From contig NC_043006.1 of the NCBI RefSeq assembly GCF_006345805.1, forward strand, positions 65,968,001 to 66,032,000: DNA of 64,000 nt, written 5' to 3'. The stretch comes from Octopus sinensis (taxonomy: Eukaryota). Of this stretch, positions 13,871-27,580 are shown piece after piece; position 1 is the stretch's first letter; the number at the start of each line of letters is the position of its first letter. A model generated the notes under the pieces. The model did not search any database. It saw only the letters and a list, made by a program, of their open reading frames with translations, and was not told the origin of the DNA. Both the position numbers and the translations under genes were made by a program.

Positions 13871-14553
13871 ATAGCTGCACTTTGTCTAGTTTTCATGCAT
13901 AAATTAAGGTTAGGGGATTTAGCAAGTATGGTGAAGACTATATTTCACTGAGGAGTTTTTAATAAGACCAAAACATGCCCAAAGTTGTCTCCCATAGTAG
14001 CAAAATAACTAAAATAATATACCGGTCACTGAAGTAACATTGTTTTTTCCCTCATTGCATTATTGATCAATGACATCCCAGTTGTGCCCCAAATAATTTT
14101 TAAATAGGCAAAGTATAACTGTCTTGCCATCACAAGGTCCAATCCTTGTTGTGGTGTGGAAGCCTGTGTGCCTCAATGTCCCTGAGAGCAATGCCAGCAG
14201 AGCACAAGTTACTGGTAGGGCCGCTCATACTGGACAAGTCAAAGCATAGAAGCCAGGCGAATATAGGTTCATAAAGGACCAAGACTCTAAGAAAAAAAGC
14301 AAAGTTACAGGAGCCTAGAGGTAAAAGTTCAAAACCAACAGGAGCTGGGAGAAGACATCCCAGAGTCAATATCAGTAGTGAAAAGTCATTGATGGCCGAT
14401 GCTCCATAGGAAATAAGTAAGCAAAATCCTTAGCTGGTGACCGGATGGGGTAATTGTTCTCTTAACCAGTACACTGCTGTGGGTGCCAATGGATGACGGT
14501 GGTGATGTTATTTTTTATAGGAAATTAAGGGCTTAAATGAGTAAGCATATCTA

Positions 14554-14924
14554 CAGGGTGATTCAAAAGTTGCCATACATAAGAAGAATTTATCTTTTTA
14601 TAAGAAACAGTTTATAAGAACAGTTTTCTTTTTATTTATTTAACAGGCTCTATATGGTTACCATTGTTTTGAATACACATTGCAATATGTTTACCCCAAT
14701 CATTGTGAACTCGTAATACCACATCTGGCGATATGTGTGCAAATGAGTTGGTGATGCATTCCTTAAATGATTTAGGACTTATCTTTCTGCAATACACCAT
14801 GCCTTTCAAATGCCCCCAAAGATAGAAATCAAGAGGGGTCAGATCAGGGAATCTAAGAGATCTTATAAACTGTGTCTTATAAAAAAAAAAAATTCCTATG
14901 TCTGGAGACTTTTGAATTACCTTG
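14554..14924 (-). mobile_element. Internally deleted mariner element with TIRs and TA TSD
   Basis: TA|CAGGGTGATTCAAAAGT ... ACTTTTGAATTACCTTG|TA. Minus-strand PDLTPLDFYLWGHLKG is the mariner C-terminal motif. Confidence 0.9.
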
Positions 14925-17544
14925 TATATAGGGCATGACATTAAACTACATCTGGTAGTGAGACTCCAACTTGAGTTTCGGGAAGTATAGAGTTACATCA
15001 CTAATCTCAGGTCTGCTCTGGCTCGAATGGTAGTGCCCGTCCAAACCCTTACTATGGATCCAGTGGCTAAGGAATACAGGGCATAGTAGAGGGCCACCCT
15101 CCACCCTAGATAATCATACAGGGCATGTGTGGAAATGCCTTGCTGTTATGTGAACTAGTCCTCCTGCTTGAGGGTCAACTAGGACCTGTTTGACTTATTT
15201 CTCATGGGTGAAACCTGGAGACTGGCAATGTAAACTGTAAATAATCAGCCAAAAGAAACACAAAACCAATGCTGTATCTTTCTCAAGAAAAATGAAGAAT
15301 CTGCAGAGTTTGGTATGGGGTCCATGACCACCAATGTTTGTAAAACTGGCATGACATATGAAGATTAAGTGAGAAAGAGAGAGGTAGTGTATCTAAGGCT
15401 ACATCATCATCATTGTCGTTTAATGCCTGCTTTCCATGCTGGCATGGGTTGGACAGTTTGACTGAGGACTAGTGAGCCCAAAGGCTGCACCAGGCTCAAT
15501 CTGATCTGGCAAAGTTTCTACAGCTGGATGCCCTTCCTAATGCCAACCACTCTGAGAGTGTAGTGGGTGCTTTTATGTGCCACCGGCATGAGGGTCTGTC
15601 AGGTGGTACAGGTAACGACCATGCTCAAAAGGTGTTTTTTACGTGCTACCTGCATGGGAGCCAGTCCGGTGGACATGGCAAGGACCAAGCTCAAATGTAT
15701 TTCATGTGCCACTGGCACATGTGCTGGTAAGGCAATGCTGGCAACAATCACACTCAAATGGTGCTTTTTACGTGCCACTGGCATGGGAGCCAATCTGTGG
15801 CCCTGGCAACGATCATGCTCATATGTACTTTTAACGTTCCACTGGCACGAGTGGCAATCAGGCAGTACTGTCATCAGCCATGTCAGTGATTTTGATTTGA
15901 TTTCACTTGCCTCAATAGGTCTTCGCAAGCAAAGTTCATTATCCAATGAATGACAGGTACTCATAAGTGGGACAGTTACACCCCACATTCGGATGTGCTT
16001 TTAACGTTTGTTCGGATCCTTCCCTCATCAGTATGTTAGAATGTAATCTGAGGGATATTTATCTGCTATTTCTAGCAGAGTCTAAAACCACATTAGATGG
16101 CCTATCCTAAAGCTGAATTGGAGTCTAAGTTGCTATGGTGGGAAGATAAGAAAAATCATGAAATTGTTTCTCAAATGCATTGTGTTGAATATAATCATAG
16201 AATTCATGGAAATGTGTATATTATAAACAGGGTTTAATTTCTTTTATTGCTTTGTAATTCAGCTATATAAACTAACAATGAGAATGAAAAAGAGGAAAAA
16301 ACAAAAACAATCTCTTTAAAAAGTGCGAATAGTGAAAGAAAGCAAAATTTATATGAGAATACAAGGAACATATGAAAAATTATTGCCACCTTTGTCTCGC
16401 TATATGTCAGACATAATTCAACAATATATAATACTTCCTTGTACTTTGGTAGTGTAAGGGTTGAACAATAGTTTTCCTGTTTAGGAGGAGAAAGAGGAAG
16501 CTATACACAAAGCATTAAGTACATAATCCTAAAAGTAATATCATTAGGCTTCAAGATGAGGAGTTGGCACAATGATTAGTGCACCGGGTAAAATGTTTAA
16601 CTGCATTTCATCTACTTTGCATTCCGAATTCAAATTCCACCAAGGCTGACTTTGCCTTTCATCCTTCTGGGGTCAATAAAATAAGTACCAGTTGCATACT
16701 GGGGTTGATGTAATCGACTTACTCACTTCTCCTGAAATTGCTGGCCTTGTGCTAAAATTTGAAACCAATATCAATGGGCTCAATTTATCAAGAAGGTGAG
16801 GCAAAAGGAAAGTACGTGGCCCGGTGGTTAGGGCGATACACTCATGATTGCAAGATCATGGCTTTGATTCAAGGACTGGGTAGTATTTTTGTGTTCTTGA
16901 GAAAAGCACTTCATCTCACATTGCTCTAGTCCACTTAGATATGCTGTACTTGAGAAAACCCAGCAAGCCAAGTGAGACTGTAACTGTGGCCTATGCCAGT
17001 GTTGCATAACCAGCCCATTTAAGTGTGTCTTTCAATCGTCTGGCAATATGCTGAGTTTCAGAAGACCTGTTGAGTGAAGTGATGTTTAGAGATGATAATG
17101 ATATATATAGGCACATGAGTGGCTGTGTGGTAAGAATCTTGCTTCCCAACTACATGGCACCTTGTTCACATGTCTTCTACTATAGTTTTGGGCTGACCAA
17201 AGCCTTGTGAGTGGATTTGGCAGAGGGAAACTGAAAGAAGTCCGTTATATATATGTATAAGTATGTATATACTGGTGTGTGTGTGTGTTGTCCCTCCACC
17301 ATCACTTGACAATCGATGTTGGAGTGTGTGGCAATAGAGATCGATAGAATAAATACTAGGCTTACAAACAATAAGTCCTGGAGGTGGGGTTGATTTGTTC
17401 AACTAAAGGTGGTGCTCCAGCATGGCCGCAGTCAGTAAAAGAAATAAAAAGAATATGCCCAAATATACTAGAGTTTCCTCCAATAGAGTAGTCCCTTATT
17501 GCAAAACAGCATTAAAATGAAGTGCATTTAAAGATCATCATCAT

Positions 17545-17770
17545 CATCATCCATCATTTTGAATCTGGGTTTTGTCCTCATTAACAGGGGTGGCTGGATC
17601 TACCTCAGTGCCATAGCAACTACCCTCACACCACCTTGCCAGGTTTTGGGCATCCTCCCTTCTCAAGCCCACCCTCACAATCTCCTCCTCCACCTGACCC
17701 CTCCAAATTTTCCTCGGTCTACCTCGCTTTCGCCATCCATTCATCTCAAACTCTAGCACCCTCTTAAGAA
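17545..17770 (-). mobile_element. RTE LINE C-terminal fragment (second subfamily)
   Basis: RVLEFEMNGWRKRGRPRKIWRGQVEE is a typical RTE C-terminus; (GAT)n tail at about 17533-17556. Confidence 0.75.
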
Positions 17771-18346
17771 AAAAAAAACAGTTACACAGAAAACAGATAC
17801 TTTCAAATATAAAAATACAAAATATACAATCATTAGGTTCACTGACTCTCATTCTTAACAACATATGCGTTATTTATTATATTTGTGCATGTGCGTGTGT
17901 GTGTTCACTGTTTTCCTCTCATCCTGGTATAACGACCCACCATCTTTGTTTTTGTTCAGTTTCCTTGTATGTCTCCACTAAACTGTTTTTGTTCCTAACT
18001 TTGACTCTCCATAAATCCTAAAGCTTATTTTAGAATTTATGGGAGCAACTGCCCTTGAAGACTCATATTGTTGTTGAATGCTCAAAATGAGGAGTAGATA
18101 GACAGCTAAACAACTGAGGAAGGGTCCTTTCCCTGTGTTTATTTGTCCTGTTTTCCATTTTTTTTCTCTCGCGTTGTTTGCATATTTAATTTGTTTGTTT
18201 TTGTAATTCATGTTGTTTACACAGTTGGTGATATCCTGTACCCATATATGCAGATATATATGATTCAGTTGAATTGGGTACTTAAGTTGGAGCACCAAGT
18301 CAGTCTGGTATTACCCACACAGCTTGAAGTAAGGTGAATAAAATCA

Positions 18347-18658
18347 AAATAAGCAACAGGATATCAAATAGCAATGCAGTATGACCGTTTCAAGCGACTC
18401 CATTTAATTGAGCAATGCAATTATTACATCAATTTCTTAGCTGCAATAGCAACATGAATTTCTTCCAACTTCTTACTTTATTAAAATATTTAAGAAAAAT
18501 TATATTAATGTGTCCTACTTATTAAAATTTCATTTATTTATTTGTGCAGCTGAAGATGGCACTGCATTTAAATTGATGTAATGATTGCATTGTTTAATTA
18601 AATGGAGCCTCTTGAAACAGTCATAATGCATTACTACTTGATATCCTGTTGCTTATTT
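18347..18658. mobile_element. MITE/fold-back element with ~89 bp imperfect terminal inverted repeats
   Basis: 18347-18435 is the reverse complement of 18570-18658, with scattered substitutions. Confidence 0.7.
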
Positions 18659-18694
<36 letters not shown>

Positions 18695-19729
18695 ACTGCC
18701 CCCCCTCTCTCACTCCATATATATATATATATAATATATATTTAGTGGGTGGCCCAAGAGTAGTTTTACAGTTATTCAACTATCTATTTCACATTCATAT
18801 ATTAACAGTTTAGATCTTAATTGTAGAAAAATATGAAACCATCATTCTATGCTAATTTAGTCAATAGTAAGATAGAAATTGAAATGTAATAAACTGTTTT
18901 AACAGAAATTTAAAGTGCCTACGTAATGACTGTAAACCTACTTTTGGGCCACCTTATATATAGTGTGTTATATACAGCATTACGTAATATATGTATTCTA
19001 CTGACAAACTGAAAATAAACAACATAAGATTTGTGTCTGAAAATTCTGTAAGTGTTCAACTGGGTGTGGAGTATATTGTTTTCAACAGTGTCACTATCAA
19101 TGGGTTTTTATAAACACATATAAATACATATCAATATATCTAAAAACACAAAATGAAGAACTGAATTGCTAATAATAGCCACACAGAAAGAAGCTTCTGA
19201 GAACTAGTGTCAAAAGTTATTGTGTTGATATACTTTTACTTGCTTCAGCGATTTTGATTGTGGCCATGCTGGAGCAACACCTTGAAGGGTTTTAGTTGAA
19301 CAAATTGACCCTGTGACTTTTTAAAAAAAAAAAGAAGCCTAGTACTTATTCTATCAGTTTCTTTTGCTGAACTGCTATGTTACAAGGACGTAAGCACACC
19401 AATACTAGTTGGCAAGCAGTGATGGGGGACAAACACAGACACACACATATATTAAAATCTAAAACATGGATTTTGCCCAATAAAATGTTTTAATTACTGG
19501 AATTTAATTCTTTTGGGCAAAATCGAAACAGCTGTAAGTGAACATGTTGAATTTTTGTAGTTAATAAATTATTTTAATGCTACTTCTCCACTTTTTAAAT
19601 TTTAATATCTATAAACCAAGATTTATACTTAAACCTATTATTTTAGGAATAATAGGTAACAAACCAGTAAATCATTGGATATTTTCTATCTCTTAAGGTG
19701 GTTATTTTAACCTCTATTTAAATAAATAA

Positions 19730-19774
<45 letters not shown>

Positions 19775-20659
19775 TATGACAGACCTCTTTCATTTTCTGT
19801 CTAACAAATCCACTCACAAGGCTTTGGTTGACCCGAAGCTACAGAAGACACTTGCCCAAGGTACCATGCAGTGGGACTGAATCCAGAACCATGTGGTTGG
19901 GAAGCAAGTGTCTTACCAAACAGCCACACCTTCATGAATGAGACAGAGAGACTGACGAAAACAAATAAAACCACTTGGGCTAAATACATGAAATGAATAT
20001 TAGGTAAATCCGGCTTCTGTCTTCAGGAGGGAGAGATAGGTATCTAATACCTGTATATTTTCATGTGTAAACTTTTATTTGTTTCAGTCATCTGATTGCG
20101 GCCATGCTAGAACACTGCCTTTCATCATGCAAATGACCCCAGGACTTATTCTTTGTAAGCTTAGTACTTATTCTATCAGTTTTTTGCCGAACCGCTAAGT
20201 TATGAGTTGCCAAGTGAGGGTGGAGAGACAAATACAAACACACAGATAAGTGTATGTTCAATGGGCTTCTTTCATTTTCTGCCTACCAAATCCACTCACA
20301 AGGCTTTGGTTGGCCTGTGGGTATAGTAGAAAACATTTGTCCAAGGTAGCAGACAGTGAGACTGAACTTGGAACCATGTGGTTGGGAAGCAAGCTTCTTA
20401 CCACACAGCCACATCTGCACCTATGTATATGTATATATGTTTTATATAACTAGCCCATGCGGTTTTATTTGTTTATTTGCATCATTATCTCTATATCTGC
20501 TCACCTGGATTCCTCTTACAGTCACTCTTTCCTCTGTGGAATTAGTCCTCAGTAACAATTTCAGAATGTGAGTTCAAATCATTTGAGCACTACTAAATAT
20601 TGTTTACAATGAGCATCTCTGGATCTCATCTGTTGACACTCACTCCCTCTGTCTGTCTG

Positions 20660-20690
<31 letters not shown>

Positions 20691-20692
<2 letters not shown>

Positions 20693-21024
20693 CATCAATT
20701 AACATCTGTTTTCCATGCTGGCATGGGTTGGGCAGCTTGACTGAGGTCTGGAGAGCCAGCAGCTCACCAGGCTCCAATTTGGTCTTGAAGAGTTTCTATA
20801 GCTGGATGCCCTTCCTAATGTCAATCCCTCCAAGAGTGTAGTGGGTGCTTTTTACATGCCACCGGCACAGGAGCCAGTCATGGGGAACTGGCACTGGTCA
20901 CGATTGGTTGGTGCTTTTTACATGCCACCAGCACCGGAGCCAGTAAGGCGGGCCTGGCAACAAACACATTCAGATGGTGCTTTTTACGTGCTACTGGCAC
21001 AGGAACCACTCAGGGGGTATTGGC
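20691..21024 (-). mobile_element. 5'-truncated RTE 3' end inserted in (TA)n
   Basis: RTE 3'UTR motifs with (TA)n on both sides. Confidence 0.8.
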
Positions 21025-21082
<58 letters not shown>

Positions 21083-21147
21083 TATATATACATACAGACA
21101 CATACACACATTTTCAGGACATTTATAAGGAAAGAGATACAGATATA

Positions 21148-21195
21148 GTCTTACAGCTGTTTCTGGGATATTATAGATGTCCCTTCATCAGAGAC
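21148..21195 (-). ncRNA. Candidate minimal type I hammerhead ribozyme in a Penelope-like remnant
   Basis: Minus strand: GTCT-CTGATGA-AGGGA(11 nt)TCCCA-GAA-ACAGCTGT-A-AGAC. Stem I 4 bp, palindromic stem III, GUA cleavage triplet. Confidence 0.65.
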
Positions 21196-21776
21196 GATGT
21201 GAGGTGGTTAAATATAGGTAAATGTTTGAGTTCGAAATAAGTAATTATTGTGGAAAAGGAGGAAATAGGGAATATGGAGGGAAATAAGAGAAAGTAGAAA
21301 TAAAATATAAAATATTGTAGTTGCAGTTCCATTATTCGAGGAAAGTGGTGTATAGAAGTGGTAAAAAAGTTACTTGTACATGGTTTGTAAGTTCCAGTAG
21401 TAGTTCATGTTTAGTCATTTCAAAGTATGGAGCCGTGGATTCTGTGTTGCTCATTCGAAGGGGTTTTGTTGTGTGAGTAAAAATTTGAGAATGTATTGGT
21501 AGTATTTGTGGATAGATGGGGAGCAAGGGGGGGGGGGACATGGATGTATCTGATTAGAATGTCTATATCTATTTCCTTATAAATGTCCTGAAAACTTCTC
21601 ACAACTGGGTTTATTATCTCTTTTTGTCTAATATAAATATATATGCATGCTAATACAAGACCCACATTAAACTACTCACTCGTATCACTATCGAAACAAG
21701 AGTTTGACTATGGTCTCTCCTTAGCACATACTTAGCATTACCTGCCACTCTTTGGGTCTTCTAGATAACAATAACT

Positions 21777-21812
<36 letters not shown>

Positions 21813-21815
<3 letters not shown>

Positions 21816-22086
21816 TCATCATCATCATTTAACGTCCGCTTTCCATGCTAGCATGGGTTGGACGGTTCAACTGGGGTCTGGGGAGCCCGAAGGCTGCACC
21901 AGGCCAGTCAGATCTGGCAGTGTTTCTACAGCTGGATGCCCTTCCTAACGCCAACCACTCCGAGAGTGTAGTGGGTGATTTTATATGCCACCGACACAGG
22001 TGCCAGACGAGGCTGGCGAACGGCCACGCTCGGATGGTGTTTTTTATGTGCCACCGACACAGGTGCCAGACGAGGCTAGGTGCCAG
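21813..22086 (-). mobile_element. Young 5'-truncated RTE 3' end inserted in (TA)n
   Basis: Nearly identical to the reverse complement of about 39690-39960; flanked on both sides by (TA)n. Confidence 0.9.
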
Positions 22087-22149
22087 ATATATATATATAT
22101 ATATATATATATTTGGAAAAGGATGCATGGTGTTCAATCACGTAATAAT

Positions 22150-23160
22150 ATATAAATATATGCATATATACATACATATATGTACATACCCACATATATA
22201 TGTATATATACATGCATATATGGGTACAGGACATCAAAAAAAACATGGACAGGATGAGAAATGAGAACATAAAAAACAAAAACAGAGAAAAGGAACTTTT
22301 TTTGAACAATGAAAGAAACAGAGAAACGAGACATGCTACATAAAGAAGATTCCCTTCATCAGTTGTCCCCTGTTTTATCTACTCCGCATTTCAAAGGTAA
22401 GGACAAGGTGCGACTTCGTTAAAACAGTCCTTCCTGCAAAGTAAATTAAATAAAATACGGGATTTTTTGTGGAGGGTGAAAGTAGTAGCAAAAACAAGAC
22501 AGTGAGAACAAAACAGTAAAAACAAATGGTTAGGGCTAAGCCAAGACAATGTGAAGTGCTGAACACTGGAAAAACGAGCTTTCCCTATTCTTCTCCTCTC
22601 CCTTTCACTGTTCCCTCTCTCACTCTTCCTCTTTGACTCTCATTGGTCACACATGACTAACAGCCATTCTCTCTTTCTTCCACTTCCTTCCTAAACACAT
22701 GACATGCTTTTTCCTGTCTCTTCTCAAAGCTCGTTTTTCCAGTGTTCAGCACTTCACATCGTCTTGGCTTAACAGCCCTCGCTGTTTGTGTTTACTGTTT
22801 TGTCCTCACTGTCCTTTTTGTTACCACTGTCATCCTCCGCAAAAAATCCCAAATTTTATTTAATTTGTGGGAAAGGACTGTTTTAAGGAAGTCGTGTATT
22901 GTCCTTACCTTTGAAATGCAGAGTAGATAAAACAGAGGACAACTGATGAAGGGAATATTCTTTATGTTGCATGTATTGTTTCTCTGTTTGTTTCTTTCAT
23001 TGTTCAAAAGAAAGTTCGTTTTCTATGTCTTTGTCTTTTATGTTCTCGTTTCTCATTTTGTCTACGTTTTTTGATGTCCTGTACCCATATATGCATGTAT
23101 ATATACATATATATGTAGGTATGTACATATATGTATGTATATATGCATATATTTATATAG
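22150..23160. mobile_element. Inverted pair of an unclassified (possibly Penelope pLTR-like) repeat
   Basis: About 22150-22582 is the reverse complement of about 22727-23160, with a ~145 bp spacer. A partial third copy lies at about 18080-18255. Confidence 0.65.
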
Positions 23161-23919
23161 TTTATATTATATATATATAAACACACACACACGTCTATAC
23201 ATATATATATATACACATATATATATACACATACATACACATATATATATATATACATATACACATACATACACATATATATATATACATATACACATAC
23301 ACACATATACATACATATATATATATACATACACACATATACATACATATATATATATACATATATATATATAGACACACACATACACATGTATATCATC
23401 ATCGATTAACGTCTGTTTTGCATGCTGGCAAAGCCTTGTGAGTGGATTTAGTAGACGGAAACTGAAAGAAGCCCATCGTGTATGTATGTATGTGTATATA
23501 TATATATATATATTTATGCGTGTGTGTGTCTGTCCCCACTCCTGCCCATCACCTGACAACCGATGCTGGTGTGTTTATATTCCCAAGACTTAGTGATTTC
23601 GCAGAGGAGTCTGATAGAATAAGTACTAGGCTTACAAAGAATAAGTCCTGGGGGCGATTTGCTTGACTAAAAGACGGTGCTCCAGCATGGCCACAGTCAA
23701 AGGGCTGAAACAAGTAAAAGAATTTTAAAAAATTAATAATGACAGATTTTTGCAAAGTTTCTGTCAACCAAATTCAATCCCAAGGTATTGGTCAGTGTCC
23801 AGAGATAGTGAAGAGGACACTCACCCAATTTGCAGTGCAGTGGGATTGAAACCGAAATCATATAGTTTCAAAACTAACTTCTGTAAAAGTCATAAAAGAT
23901 GACTCACTACACCCACACA

Positions 23920-23950
<31 letters not shown>

Positions 23951-24519
23951 TTCTTTATTGCCCACAGAGGGGTAAACATAGAGGGAATAAATAAGGACAG
24001 ACAATTAAGTCGATTACATCGACCCCAGTGCATAACTGGTACTTATGTAATTGATCCCGAAAGGATGAAAGGCAAAGTTGACCTCACCAGAATTTGAATG
24101 TAACGGTAGACGAAATACCGCTCAGCATTTCGATTCTGCCAGCCTGCCGCCCCTAATATGTATATAGGCACAGACATGGCTGTGTAGTAAGAAGCTTACT
24201 TCCAAATCACATGGTTCTGGGTTCAGTCCCACTGCATGGCACCTTGGCTAGGGTCTTTCACTATACTGACCAAAGCCTTCAGAGTTTATTTTGTAGGCAG
24301 AAACTGAAAGAGCCCATCGTGTGTGTGTCTTTGTTTGTCCCCCATTACTGTTTCACAACTGGTGTTGGTGCGTTTATGTTATCCATAACATAGCGGTTTG
24401 CCAAATGAGACTGACAGAATAAGTACAACCCTTAAAAAATAAATACTGGGGTCAATTTATGTGACTAAATGTTGTTCAAGGTGGTGCCCCAGTTTAATAA
24501 CGGAAATGAGTAATATATA

Positions 24520-24594
<75 letters not shown>

Positions 24595-24627
24595 TATATA
24601 CATATATATATATACATATATATATAC

Positions 24628-24662
<35 letters not shown>

Positions 24663-24676
24663 TAAATAAATATAGA

Positions 24677-25230
24677 CAAGGGAGAGTCAAAAAGTAATGC
24701 CATTTTGTTTAGGACAAGTATAATTACCAAAACAGGAACATGTATCATACATCAAAATAAAGCCGGTCCTCTGTGGATCACATCCCTACTTCTCAACATA
24801 GTCATCGTTTCTCTCAATAGCAATGTTCTACCTTTGAATGAGAGCATGTACCCATGCCCTGTAAAATTCTGTTGACTGTTCTTTGAGCCACTTCTTCACT
24901 ACAAAGTCAAAGAGACAACACCTTCTTTCGAAGGCTTGTAACAGGTGATGAAACATGGGTTCATCTTTATGATCCGGACACAAAGAGGCAGTCAATGGAA
25001 TGGCGCAACTTTACGTCACCACCATCGAAAAAGTTCAAGATGCAAAAGTCAGTTGGAAAAATCATGGCGACTGTCTTTTGGGATGCTCAAGGTGTCATTC
25101 TGGTCGATTTCTTTCCAAAAGGAAAACAATAAACTCATAATTAGCTTCATCTTAATGTCTGATACATGTTCCTGTGTTGGTAATTATACCTGTCCTGAGC
25201 AAAATGGCATTACTTTTTGACTCACCCTCA
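24677..25230 (+). mobile_element. Internally deleted mariner element with TIRs
   Basis: TIR GAGTCAAAAAGTAATGCCATTTT at both ends, 3' TA. Frame RLVTGDETWVHLYDPDTKRQSMEW...KIMATVFWDAQGVILVDF is the mariner catalytic domain. Confidence 0.92.
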
Positions 25231-25707
25231 TATATGTGTATATATCATCATCATCATCATTTAACCTCCATTGTCCATGCTGGCATGGGTTGGACAGTTT
25301 AACCAGGGCTGGTAAGCTGAGGGGCTATACCAGACACCAGTCTGAGCTGGCAGGGTTTTCTATGGCTAGATGCCCTTCCTAACACCAACCACTTCAAGAG
25401 TGTAATGGATGCTTTTACGTGCCACTGGCCAGTTGTGTGACACCAGTGTCTGCCACAACTATGCTTAGCTTAGCTTGATGGGCCTTCTCAAGCACAGCAT
25501 ATTGGCAAAGGTCTCAGTCATTCGTCATTGCCTCCATGAGGCCCAACGCTTGAAAAGTGCTTTTTACATGCCACTGACATCTGCTACGTTGCCTCTGTGA
25601 GGCTCAACACTCAAAAGGGTACTTTTTACATGGTACTGGCATAGGTCCCAGTTACATGATACCAGCACTGATCATAACTATGATTTCACTTAGCTTGACA
25701 ATATACA

Positions 25708-27580
25708 CATCATCATCATCATCATCATCATTTAGCGTCCGTTTTCCATGCTAGCATGGGTTGGACGGTTCTACTGGGGTCTGTGAAGCCAGAAGGCTTC
25801 ATCAGGCCCAGTCAAATCTGGCAGTGTTTCTACGGCTGGATGCCCTTCCTAACGCCAACCACTCCGTGAGTGTAGTGGGTGCTTTTTACGTGCCACCCGC
25901 ACTGGTGCCAGACAGAGCTGGCAAACGGCCACGAACGGATGGTGCTTTTTATGTGCCACCGGCACGAGGGCCAGGCGAGGCTGGCAACGGACACGAAACG
26001 GGGCGGTGCTGGCAACGGTCGCGAAACGGAAAGTTCTCTTACATGCCACCGGCACTGGTAACACATCTGCAATTTCCATTGATCGATTTCCATTGATTGA
26101 TTTCGATTCTGATCCTCACTTGCCTCAATGGGTCTTCACAAGCAGAGTTTCGACATGCCACCGGCACTGGTAGCACATCCGCAATTTCCATTGATCGATT
26201 TCGATTCTGATCCTCACTTGCCTAAACACGTCTTCACAAGTAGAGTTTTGTGTCCCAAGAAGGGAAGGTATGCATACGTAGGCTGGCTCCATCCCATGTA
26301 GAAGGCCACGGGTTGTGGACTCACTTGTCCTGCCGGGTCTTCTCGCGCACAGCACACTTCCAGAGGTCTCGGACTCTAGTCATTTCCTCAGTGAGACCTA
26401 AAGTTCGAAGGTCGTGCTTCACCACCTCGTCCCAGGTTTTCCTGGGTCTGCCTCTTCCACAGGTTCCCTCAACCGCTAGGGTGTGGCACTTTTTCACACA
26501 ACTATCTTCATCCATTCTCGCCACATGACCATACCAGCGCAAACGTCTCTCTTGCACACCACAACTGATGCTTCTTAGGTCCAGCTTTTCTCTCAAGGTA
26601 CTTACACTCTGCCGAGTGTGAGTACCGGCATTACACATCCATCGGAGCATACTGGCTTCATTTCTAGCGAGCTTACGCATATCCTCAGCAGTCACGGCCC
26701 ATGTTTCACTGCCATGTAGCATGGCTGTTCGTACACACGCATCATACAGTCTGCCTTTCACTCTGTGCGAGAGGCCTTTTGTCACCAGCAGAGGTAAGAG
26801 CTCTCTGAACTTTGCCCAAGCTATTCTTACTCTAGCAGTTACACTTTCAGCACACCCACCCCCGCTGCTGACTTGGTCACCTAGGTAACGGAAACTATCA
26901 ACTATTTCTAGTTTTTCTCCCTGGAAAGTGACGGAAGTTGGTCTCAGAGCATTTTCAGTGTTTATTGTTCCTGAGCATCTGCCACATACAAAAACCATCT
27001 TCCTAGTTAGCCTTCCTTTGACATTGCTGCATCTCTTATGTGTCCATAGCTTACACTTGGTGCATCTTATAGAGTTTCTACCTACACCTTTTCTACAGAT
27101 CGAGCAGGGCCATCTACCTGAAGGTGTTTGTGATTTGTCTACCTTCCTACTGATTACGACTTTGGTTTTAGCTAGATTGACTCTGAGGCCCTTCGATTCT
27201 AATCCTTGTTTCCACACCTGAAACTTCTCCTCCAGTTCTGATAGCGACTCAGCAATTAGAGCAAGGTCATCAGCATAGAGGAGCTCCCAAGGGCATCCTG
27301 TCTTGAATTCCTCCGTTATTGCCTGGAGGACTATGATAAATAGGAGGGGGCTGAGTACCGAGCCTTGGTGGACCCCTACCTCTACCCGGAATTCTTCACT
27401 GTACTCATTTCCAACCCTCACCCTACTAGCGGCGTCCCTATACATGGCCCGCACAGCTCTCACTAACCATTCATCTATCCCTAGTTTTCTCATTGCCCAC
27501 CAGATAAGGGATCGGGGGACCCTGTCGAAGGCTTTCTCCATGTCAACAAAAGCCAGGTACAGGGGCTTATCTTTGGCTAG
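25708..27580 (-). mobile_element. Young 5'-truncated RTE-clade LINE with an uninterrupted 406-codon RT C-terminal ORF (26321-27541) and complete 3'UTR
   Basis: GVHQGSVLSPLLF, LYADDL, Cys-rich CSIC..CTKC..C..C insert and GRGRPRKTW. (GAT)n tail at 25708; 5' junction in (TA)n. Confidence 0.95.

Noticed and set aside
14130-15230. HDV-like ribozyme in possible RTE 5'UTR remnants
   Set aside because: Only an isolated small hairpin was seen; I could not build the nested double pseudoknot by eye.
15995-16035. Minus-strand CTGATGA-GGGA..TCC-GAAC
   Set aside because: GAAA and stem I are not recoverable.
22340-22960. CTGATGAAGGG motifs (22357-, 22944+; CTGAGGA near 18113) as hammerheads
   Set aside because: No GAAA with a compatible stem II or III in any permutation I could build.
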